From a virus: a stretch of 64,000 bases of DNA. The stretch spans positions 1-64,000 of IMG/VR virus record IMGVR_UViG_3300025133_008097; one strand, written 5' to 3'. Under the pieces are notes generated by a model. It was given only the letters and a program-made list of their open reading frames with translations, did not search any database and was not told the origin of the DNA. Shown piece after piece: positions 16,814 through 24,236 of this stretch. Numbering within the stretch: position 1 is the first letter of the stretch; each line of letters begins with the position of its first letter. Made by a program: the position numbers and the translations under genes.

Positions 16814-17687
16814 GGTACTCATCACCGGTGGATCGGGTTTTATTGCTCAAAGCTTATTGGGGGCCCTCCGCGGCGACTGGACAGTCATTTGTGCGGGCAG
16901 ACGCCAATTAGACCTCCTAGACAGCGAAAAAGTCTACAATTTCATCAAAAATGGCCAATTTGACGTTGTAATACATACAGCAAACTATGACGCTGCACCC
17001 TCTTTTACTACTAAAGATAAGAACAAAGTCCTCGAACAGAACCTTACAATGTTCTATAATCTTGCTCGATGTAGCGAGTTCTTCGGGAAAATGCTCTATT
17101 TTGGCTCCGGAGCAGAGTTCAGTCGCCCGCATTGGGTTCCGATGATGTCGGAAGACTACTTCGATACACATGTTCCTACAGATCAATACGGATTATCAAA
17201 GTATATTATGACTAAATATGCCGAAAAATCTAACAATATCTATAATTTACGTTTGTTTGCTATAACTGGGGGCGCCGATGACTGGAGATATCGCTTCGTT
17301 TCCCTGGCTTGCTGCAAGGCGCTCTTTGATATGCCCATTACATTCAGACAAAACATCTTTTTTGACTTTTTATACATCAAAGATTTGATAAATATTGTTA
17401 AATGGTTTATGGTGAACTCGCCGCGCCACCATGTCTACAACACCTGCAGAGGAGAAGTCCACAGTTACCGGTGGATTGCTGAAAAAATATGCCAATTTGC
17501 TGGTAAAAACCTGGAAATTCGCAGCGACGTTCCTGGTTTGATGTCCGAATATAGTGGAGACAACTCTCGCCTACTCGAAGAATTAACAGATTATAAGTTT
17601 GTGCCCATGGAAGAAAGCATACAAGAGATGCTGTTGCATCTTCAACAGAATAAAGATTCCATTACACCCGAAACTTTTGCGTACTGA
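16806..17687 (+). CDS. NAD(P)-dependent epimerase/reductase (extended SDR)
   Basis: TGGSGFIA, GSGAE and YGLSK catalytic motif. Confidence 0.88.
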   Translation: MNRVLITGGSGFIAQSLLGALRGDWTVICAGRRQLDLLDSEKVYNFIKNGQFDVVIHTANYDAAPSFTTKDKNKVLEQNLTMFYNLARCSEFFGKMLYFGSGAEFSRPHWVPMMSEDYFDTHVPTDQYGLSKYIMTKYAEKSNNIYNLRLFAITGGADDWRYRFVSLACCKALFDMPITFRQNIFFDFLYIKDLINIVKWFMVNSPRHHVYNTCRGEVHSYRWIAEKICQFAGKNLEIRSDVPGLMSEYSGDNSRLLEELTDYKFVPMEESIQEMLLHLQQNKDSITPETFAY

Positions 17688-17707
17688 GGAACAAGGAGAA
17701 ATAAAAA

Positions 17708-18841
17708 ATGCCTATAACTAACTGCCGCGTTTGCGCCGGCCCCTTTTTCAAGGAGGCGCTCTTAACCTTTACTAATATGCCTAAAGCTGCGCAGCATCTG
17801 CCCACCCTAGCCGATCTTATCAACGACAAAGGCATCGATTTGGAGGTATGTCAGTGCCAAAAGTGCGGCCTGGTGCAATTAACAAATGACCCAGTCCCCT
17901 ATTATAAGGATGTGATAAGAGCCGCGGCATTCTCGGGAGAAATGAAAGCTTTTAGGGAAGATCAATTTAAAGACTTTGTACACCAGTATAGTCTCCAGGA
18001 TAAAAAGGTAATTGAAATTGGAACCGGAAAAGGGGAATATCTTTCTTTAATGAAAGACGCCGGCGCCAAAGCGTACGGAATTGAGCACGCCCAGGAGTCG
18101 GTAGATGAATGTCTCTCTGCGGGACTGCAAGTGACAAAGGAATATATTAATCACTGGGGCTACCGTTTGCGTGATGCGCCATTTGATGCTTTTTTCATTC
18201 TCAACTTCTTTGAACATATTCCAGATCCTAATGCAACTCTATCCTCACTTCACTTAAATTTGGCAGATGATGGACTCGGGCTCATCGAAGTCCCCAATTT
18301 TGATATGATCTTGAAGAACAATCTTTTTACAGAGTTTATCGGAGACCATCTTTTCTATTTTACTAAAGAGACGCTGGCTTACGTTCTAGAAAAGAATGGC
18401 TTCGAGGTATTGGAGTGTAAGGAGATCTGGTATGATTATATTATTTCGGCCACTGTAAGAAAGAGGCAGAAGACTGATGTTAGCAGCTTTGATACTCAGC
18501 GCCAGAAGCTACAAGAAGAGATAGATGCTTATACAACGCGCCATAATAGGGTGGCTGTGTGGGGCGCGGGCCACCAGGCGCTAGCAGTCTTATCCCTTCT
18601 CGATCTTGAGGACAAAGTTGAGTACGTTGTCGACTCTGCCCCATTCAAACAGGGTAAGTACACGCCAGCCACCCACATTCCTATTTTTCCTCCGGATACT
18701 TTAAATGTTGAGTCCGTCGATGCAGTCATAATCATGGCGGCTAGCTATTCGGATGGGGTCGCAAAGAAGCTGCGAGATCGTTTTGATCCTACAATAGAAG
18801 TGGCAATTTTACGCGATCACGGTCTCGAACACATAAAATAA
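17708..18841 (+). CDS. Class I SAM-dependent methyltransferase, NDP-hexose C-methyltransferase-like
   Basis: N-terminal CRVC and CQCQKC Zn-site cysteines, EIGTGKG SAM motif, EHIPDP, EVPN, C-terminal WGAG...VVDSAPFKQGKYTP domain. Confidence 0.8.
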   Translation: MPITNCRVCAGPFFKEALLTFTNMPKAAQHLPTLADLINDKGIDLEVCQCQKCGLVQLTNDPVPYYKDVIRAAAFSGEMKAFREDQFKDFVHQYSLQDKKVIEIGTGKGEYLSLMKDAGAKAYGIEHAQESVDECLSAGLQVTKEYINHWGYRLRDAPFDAFFILNFFEHIPDPNATLSSLHLNLADDGLGLIEVPNFDMILKNNLFTEFIGDHLFYFTKETLAYVLEKNGFEVLECKEIWYDYIISATVRKRQKTDVSSFDTQRQKLQEEIDAYTTRHNRVAVWGAGHQALAVLSLLDLEDKVEYVVDSAPFKQGKYTPATHIPIFPPDTLNVESVDAVIIMAASYSDGVAKKLRDRFDPTIEVAILRDHGLEHIK

Positions 18842-18849
18842 TTTTTATT

Positions 18850-18878
18850 TTGTGCTTTTAGGGAAACTAGTGTATACT
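18850..18878 (+). promoter_or_regulatory. Sigma70-type promoter upstream of the RHH gene
   Basis: TTGTGC-N17-TATACT in the longest intergenic gap of the window. Confidence 0.55.
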
Positions 18879-18897
18879 TAGACGTGGAAGCAAACAT

Positions 18898-18912
18898 ATG
18901 TATGATATACAT
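18898..18912. promoter_or_regulatory. Palindromic putative operator ATGTAT-GAT-ATACAT
   Basis: Perfect 6-bp inverted repeat between the promoter and the GGGAG SD of the RHH gene. Confidence 0.45.
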
Positions 18913-18923
18913 AGGGAGTAAAT

Positions 18924-19160
18924 ATGAGCAAGCGAAAACCATATACCTTTACATTGAACGAAGAAGCAATGTCTTGGTTTAAAGAATACTCTAAGAAAAC
19001 TGATCGTTCGATGTCGAGTATTCTCAACTCACATATCTTGTCTTTGAAAGAAGAGCACGAAACTCGTTTTATCGGTGGGCCTGAAGTCGGTGTACGAGAA
19101 GATTTTCGTGCACGTCCTTATCCACCCAACAGCCTCATTGTAGATTTATTAGGAACCTAG
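18924..19160 (+). CDS. Ribbon-helix-helix (CopG/Arc-like) DNA-binding protein
   Basis: Alternating beta strand KPYTFTL, helix A NEEAMSWFKEYSKK, turn TDRS, helix B MSSILNSHI. Confidence 0.65.
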   Translation: MSKRKPYTFTLNEEAMSWFKEYSKKTDRSMSSILNSHILSLKEEHETRFIGGPEVGVREDFRARPYPPNSLIVDLLGT

Positions 19161-19163
19161 ATA

Positions 19164-19517
19164 ATGGCAAAGAAGAATCAAGAGTTTGTATCAGATGTAA
19201 CAGGTGAAGTGTGGCACAAGATTAACTGGAAGAAGTGGGATAAAATCATTGACCACGTAGGAGTTATGGTAGAGTCACACAATAGTCCAGGAAAAAATGG
19301 TACAACCGCCGTTCTTAACGAGGGCGACGAAGTATTTATAGACGATATCCGCGGCCGAATTAATCCTCAGTACCGTGCTGCCGATCCCACCGGAAAGATC
19401 TGGTTCATTCCGATCAGCAAGGTGAAGGTAATAGAAGGCTCTGGTCCAGGCGAGGGCACCAAATATGACCGCGGCTATCGCGGCGGCGTAAGAATTAAGG
19501 AGAACGACAATGGCTAA
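19164..19517 (+). CDS. Hypothetical protein
   Basis: ORF in operon context with AGGA SD. Confidence 0.6.
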   Translation: MAKKNQEFVSDVTGEVWHKINWKKWDKIIDHVGVMVESHNSPGKNGTTAVLNEGDEVFIDDIRGRINPQYRAADPTGKIWFIPISKVKVIEGSGPGEGTKYDRGYRGGVRIKENDNG

Positions 19518-20811
19518 TTCACATATGAAGATGTTTCAATCCCCCCTAGAGGGCAACCCTTTAGACGAGGCTGTCGACAAAACTGTCGCCTTCGACATGA
19601 GGAACACCACCATTAAGGACGAAAAAGATCGCCAACACTGGCTAAAGGGGTATAAGCCAGCAGTGTACGAAAAGATGGCAAAATACCCAGAAAAGATCGC
19701 CAACGGCGAAAGCATCGCGATTATTCAGTTTCAATATGACTATCTGTGCAATATGGATTGCGAGCATTGCTGCATTGATAAGTTCTATGTTCCTAAAGCT
19801 TGGGAGGCCGCATCCGGCCGGCGCAAGTTTGAACTAGATGACGTACGTGAATTGTCACGACAGGCTGATGAGATGGGTCTCGCAAACTTTGTTATTACTG
19901 GCGGCGAGCCTCTTATCATGAAAGAGTTCGATGAACTTATTGAGGCTATTGACCCCTCTAAGTTTTACCTCGTTAGTGACTCAAATGGCTGGAACCTAGA
20001 CTACAAGCGCGCTGCTCATCTTAAAAAGATCGGTCTAGACAAAGTCCAGCTTAGCTTAGATGGAATCACCGCGGAAGCTCACGATACTTTCCGCCGAAAG
20101 CCCGGCGCCTTCGATCGCGCAATGCGCGCAATTGACGCTTGTAAAGAAGCGGGCTTGCACATTATTTTATCCACTGTAATTTGGAAGGATCGAATCTACA
20201 CAGACGAATGGGTTCAGTTTTTAGACTTCGCAAAAGAGAAGCAAGTTGGAACTTACATTGTATACGCAAAGCCCGTTGGCGCCTACGAGGGCCAGACGGA
20301 TGCGATGATGACAGAGAAGGAAGGAAAGATCCTTCAGAAATTCGAGGAAGAATACGACATCTTTACTCATATGACCCCTTCATATGGCCGTGACATCGGC
20401 TGCATCGCTGTGAAGAGAATGATTCCCATCTCTCGTTATGGAGATGTAATGCCCTGCCCTTACCAGCATGTATCTCTCGGAAATTTCTTTGAGGAGCCTT
20501 TAGCGGATATTATTAATCGGGGTCTTAACATTAAGTGGTTTGATCCGAAGAAGAATATGCCCTGCATTTGTGGGGTTGATAAAGGATTCATTAAGAATGT
20601 TATCTCCCAGACTTATGGAGATAACGAGGTGCCGGTAAGATACGACCGCGTATTTACTGACGATGATTTTCTTGACAAAGGCAATATGGGTGATGTACAA
20701 TTAGGAAGTGGATGCGGTCAAGAGGTGGACACCTGGAAGAACGCTCCTCTAATCACCCTGCGCGGGAAGAAGATGAAAGATCACAACTTTGTTGACGACA
20801 CGGGAGCATAA
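19510..20811 (+). CDS. Radical SAM enzyme with C-terminal Twitch/SPASM-like cysteines
   Basis: CNMDCEHC (CxxxCxxC), TGGEPL, SNG, VQLSLDG; C-terminal GCIA...MPCPY...CICG. Confidence 0.9.
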   Translation: MANSHMKMFQSPLEGNPLDEAVDKTVAFDMRNTTIKDEKDRQHWLKGYKPAVYEKMAKYPEKIANGESIAIIQFQYDYLCNMDCEHCCIDKFYVPKAWEAASGRRKFELDDVRELSRQADEMGLANFVITGGEPLIMKEFDELIEAIDPSKFYLVSDSNGWNLDYKRAAHLKKIGLDKVQLSLDGITAEAHDTFRRKPGAFDRAMRAIDACKEAGLHIILSTVIWKDRIYTDEWVQFLDFAKEKQVGTYIVYAKPVGAYEGQTDAMMTEKEGKILQKFEEEYDIFTHMTPSYGRDIGCIAVKRMIPISRYGDVMPCPYQHVSLGNFFEEPLADIINRGLNIKWFDPKKNMPCICGVDKGFIKNVISQTYGDNEVPVRYDRVFTDDDFLDKGNMGDVQLGSGCGQEVDTWKNAPLITLRGKKMKDHNFVDDTGA

Positions 20812-20816
20812 GATAA

Positions 20817-21125
20817 ATGATTACATTCACAGAAGCAGCCGTGACTCATCTTAAGGGCGCCCTAGAAGAAGGGGACATAATAAGGGTCGCCGTAAAGGGC
20901 GGCGGATGCTCTGGAATGTCATATTCATTGAGTGTAGAAGACGAGTTCGACGAGGAGGATATTCTTATTGAATATGACGATGTAAAGGTTTATGTAGACC
21001 CTCACAGCTCATTTATTTTAAATGACACGACGGTAGACTATGTGGTGACGTTACAACAGCAAGGATTTAGTTTTAATAATCCCAATGCGAATACTACTTG
21101 TGGATGCGGGTCTTCCTTTAGTTAA
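20817..21125 (+). CDS. iscA: HesB/IscA/ErpA-family Fe-S carrier
   Basis: GGGCSGMSY and NPNANTTCGCGSSF motifs. Confidence 0.93.
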   Translation: MITFTEAAVTHLKGALEEGDIIRVAVKGGGCSGMSYSLSVEDEFDEEDILIEYDDVKVYVDPHSSFILNDTTVDYVVTLQQQGFSFNNPNANTTCGCGSSFS

Positions 21126-21158
21126 GTACTGGTACTATATACAGAAAAGGAGCCCACC

Positions 21159-21548
21159 ATGGCCTATACAAAAAAAGTAATTGATCACTTCGAAAACCCA
21201 CGCAATGTGGGATCAATGGATAAAAATGATAATAGTGTTGGAACCGGCATTGTGGGTGCACCCGAATGTGGCGATGTCATGAAGCTCCAAATTAAAGTGG
21301 ACGACGACAACTGCATATGTGATGCAAAGTTTAAAACCTTTGGTTGTGGGTCAGCGATTGCTGCATCGTCGCTTGCTACGGAATGGATCAAGGGGAAGAC
21401 CCTGAAAGAAGCTGCTGAAATTGATAATATGCAGATTGTAGAGGAGCTATCTCTACCCCCCGTTAAAATTCACTGTTCTGTATTGGCAGAGGAAGCTATT
21501 AAAGCAGCCATTGAAAATTTAGAAAGTAAAGCTGGACAGAAAGAATAA
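21159..21548 (+). CDS. iscU: Fe-S cluster scaffold IscU
   Basis: HFENPRNVG, GAPECGDVM, FGCGSAIA and LPPVK-IHCS motifs. Confidence 0.96.
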   Translation: MAYTKKVIDHFENPRNVGSMDKNDNSVGTGIVGAPECGDVMKLQIKVDDDNCICDAKFKTFGCGSAIAASSLATEWIKGKTLKEAAEIDNMQIVEELSLPPVKIHCSVLAEEAIKAAIENLESKAGQKE

Positions 21549-21561
21549 ACTTTGATATACT
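21533..21561 (+). promoter_or_regulatory. Sigma70-type promoter upstream of the rfbH-like gene
   Basis: TGGACA-N17-TATACT with extended -10 TG (TGATATACT); same -35 hexamer as the neuB promoter. Confidence 0.65.
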
Positions 21562-21587
21562 ATCAATAAGATGGGAATAGCAGATAT

Positions 21588-22946
21588 ATGAGTGATAAAA
21601 AACAACAAATTTTAGATCTAGTTAAAGAATACATTCTTGAAAAGAGACAATCGGAGTCTTGGACTCCCGGGGAAGACTGGGTTTCGTACTCCGGGCCCAT
21701 TTTCGACGAGAACGAATATGTAGCCGCCTTCGAGAGTCTCCTCACAGAGTGGCTCATCTTCGGAAAGAAGGGTCGTGAATTCGAATTGGAGTTCGCACAA
21801 CACCTCGGAAAAGATGCCGGCATTCTTACCAACTCGGGCTCCTCGGCTAATTTGCTAGCAGTTAGTGCTCTTAAGTCTCGTAAATGGTTTAATCTCAAAC
21901 CTGGCGCCAAATTTATCACCCCGGTGGTTTGTTTTCCGACCACCATCAACCCTCTCATCCAAAATGGTTTCGAACCAGTATTTGTGGATGTGACGATTCC
22001 AGATTTGAATTTAGATCTGGATCAAGTAGAGAGAGTTCTGGAAGAAGACCCAGAGATTAAAGGAATTATGTTCGCTCATGTATTGGGTAATCCTCCTGAT
22101 ATGGATCGCTTAATGTTCCTGGTTAAAAAATATGATTTAATTTTTGTAGAAGATGCCTGCGATGCATTGGGCTCTTATTATGATGGTAAAAAGCTTGGCT
22201 CTTTTGGTACAATCTCTACTTGCTCCTTTTTCCCCGCCCACCATATGACAATGGGAGAGGGCGGCTTTGTAGCCACTGACAGCAGCGTGAAACGTATGGT
22301 TCTTGCTAGTTATCGTGACTGGGGGAGGGCTTGCTATTGCAATACTGCCAAGCCCGGCTCTGTAACCAGCGGCACTGCCTGCGGAGATCGATTTAAGAAT
22401 TGGCTACCAGGAATGCCTACTACAACTTTTGATCATCGCTATGTTTTTGATGAAATAGGGTATAATTTGAAGCCATTAGATTTGGCTGCTGCAATGGGCT
22501 TGGAACAAATTAAGAAACTTCCAATGCTTGATGCATCTCGACGAAAGAATTTTGATCGCCTGAAGGAAATTTTTGCACCCTATGAGGAGTATTTTCATCT
22601 ACCAGAGGCCACCGAGAAGGCGGACCCCTGTTGGTTTGGGTTCCTTCTTACTATCCGCGATGGTGCTAATTTTGGTCGTCATGATTTAGTGAACTTTTTA
22701 GAGAGCAAAAAAATTCAAACTCGTTCCTATTTTAGTGGTCTCGTACTGGCTCATCCCGGGTATATACATCTTGCGGGTCCTTACGGAAATTTAGAAGAGA
22801 CCTTCCCGGTGGCCGCTAAAGTGACTCATGATAGTTTCTTTTTGGGCACCTTCCACGGGCTCACCACTGAGAAGTTGGACTACATAGAGGCCAGTGTGAA
22901 AGAGTTCTTTGATCGCCCAGCCGGACTGACGATATTGGAGAATTAG
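21588..22946 (+). CDS. rfbH: E1/RfbH/DdhC-type NDP-4-keto-6-deoxyhexose 3-dehydrase (PMP- and [2Fe-2S]-dependent)
   Basis: DegT-fold motifs NSGSSANL, HVLGNP and EDACDA; SFFPAHHMTMGEGG has His in place of the Schiff-base Lys; WGRACYC...C...DHRY Fe-S ligand pattern. Confidence 0.88.
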   Translation: MSDKKQQILDLVKEYILEKRQSESWTPGEDWVSYSGPIFDENEYVAAFESLLTEWLIFGKKGREFELEFAQHLGKDAGILTNSGSSANLLAVSALKSRKWFNLKPGAKFITPVVCFPTTINPLIQNGFEPVFVDVTIPDLNLDLDQVERVLEEDPEIKGIMFAHVLGNPPDMDRLMFLVKKYDLIFVEDACDALGSYYDGKKLGSFGTISTCSFFPAHHMTMGEGGFVATDSSVKRMVLASYRDWGRACYCNTAKPGSVTSGTACGDRFKNWLPGMPTTTFDHRYVFDEIGYNLKPLDLAAAMGLEQIKKLPMLDASRRKNFDRLKEIFAPYEEYFHLPEATEKADPCWFGFLLTIRDGANFGRHDLVNFLESKKIQTRSYFSGLVLAHPGYIHLAGPYGNLEETFPVAAKVTHDSFFLGTFHGLTTEKLDYIEASVKEFFDRPAGLTILEN

Positions 22947-22947
22947 G

Positions 22948-23244
22948 ATGGCCTTTATTATCGTAGAGCCCTGCGTGGGAACCTGTGACACCGCCTGTGT
23001 TGATGCATGTCCAGTGGATTGTATTCATGGTCCCATCGATATCGTTGGCGCCGGCGCAGAGGTCACCGCCCCCGGATTTAACCCCACAGGTCTGCAGCTA
23101 TATATTGACCCAGAAGAGTGTATTGATTGTGCAGCTTGTGAGCCAGAGTGCCCGGTAGAAGCCATTTATGACGAGACCAGCGTCCCCGCTAAGTGGGATT
23201 CTTTCATAGATAAGAATTATAATTTCTTTGGACGTAACCGGTGA
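22948..23244 (+). CDS. Dicluster (7Fe/8Fe) ferredoxin
   Basis: CVGTCDTACVDACPVDC and CIDCAACEPECP motifs. Confidence 0.93.
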   Translation: MAFIIVEPCVGTCDTACVDACPVDCIHGPIDIVGAGAEVTAPGFNPTGLQLYIDPEECIDCAACEPECPVEAIYDETSVPAKWDSFIDKNYNFFGRNR

Positions 23245-24191
23245 AAATTGTTTATATTACCGGATGCCTAGGGTTTATGGCATCCTATGCGGTGAGGAGA
23301 GCGCTAGCGCGCGGCTGGAAAGTCCGCGGCGTGGACAAACTTACCTATGCCGCTAATCCCACCCTACTAGAAGAATTCTACCAGCATCCTAATTTTGAGT
23401 TTGAGGAAACTGACATCAAGGATCTTGAGCGTCTTTATGATTGCGACTACGTCATTAATTATGCGGCAGAGTCTCATGTAGGAAATAGTATTGTTAATAG
23501 TGATGAGTTCATGGATAGCAATATCTTAGGAGTCCGGAATTTACTTGATTTGGTGAGGTTTAAACCAATCAACTGTAATGATCGACCCACCTTTTTCCAT
23601 ATTAGTACCGACGAAGTGTACGGAGATATTGACGCCGGCGTACACACCGAACACGACCTTCTCAAGCCAAGCAACCCCTACTCGGCAGCTAAAGCCGCCG
23701 GCGATATGTTAATTCACGCGTGGGCGCGCACCTATGGAATTCAGTATATTATCCTCCGACCTACAAACAATTATGGCATCGGCCAATATCCCGAGAAGCT
23801 CGTCCCTCTAGCAATAAAAAATTTGTTAAGAGAAAAGAAAGTAAGACTTCACGATAAAGGCGAACCAGTTCGAAACTGGCTGCATGCTGATGATACAGCC
23901 GCGGCCGTGATGGCTATTATAGATTCTGGTACAGTTAACCAAATTTATAATGTAGCTGGAGGGTTTGAGCAGTCAAACAAAGAGACGGTGCGTAAGATTA
24001 TATCGGCTTACCACGGTCCCGATGCCCAATGGGACGACTATGTAGATTTTTCGGTAGTCCGACCAGGACAGGATGTGCGATATGCGCTTGATGACTCAAA
24101 GCTGCGGGCATTAGGCTGGGCCCCCACAAAAAATTTTGATGAAGAAATACCCAAAATTGTGGAATACTATAAAAACCATTTTATTTGGTAG
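23241..24191 (+). CDS. rmlB: NDP-glucose 4,6-dehydratase, RmlB/RffG-like
   Basis: DKLTYAAN, AAESHV, STDEVYG, YSAAK, NNYG...PEKL, RNWLHADD and RPGQDVRYALD motifs. Confidence 0.88.
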   Translation: MKIVYITGCLGFMASYAVRRALARGWKVRGVDKLTYAANPTLLEEFYQHPNFEFEETDIKDLERLYDCDYVINYAAESHVGNSIVNSDEFMDSNILGVRNLLDLVRFKPINCNDRPTFFHISTDEVYGDIDAGVHTEHDLLKPSNPYSAAKAAGDMLIHAWARTYGIQYIILRPTNNYGIGQYPEKLVPLAIKNLLREKKVRLHDKGEPVRNWLHADDTAAAVMAIIDSGTVNQIYNVAGGFEQSNKETVRKIISAYHGPDAQWDDYVDFSVVRPGQDVRYALDDSKLRALGWAPTKNFDEEIPKIVEYYKNHFIW

Positions 24192-24236
24192 CGCCAGCGC
24201 TGCGTACTTATGACGTATCTATAAAGAGGACTTTCC

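Noticed and set aside
21588-22946. Annotation as DegT aminotransferase or ColD
   Set aside because: His replaces the catalytic Lys, and the Cys/His Fe-S ligand loop typical of E1 is present, which ColD lacks
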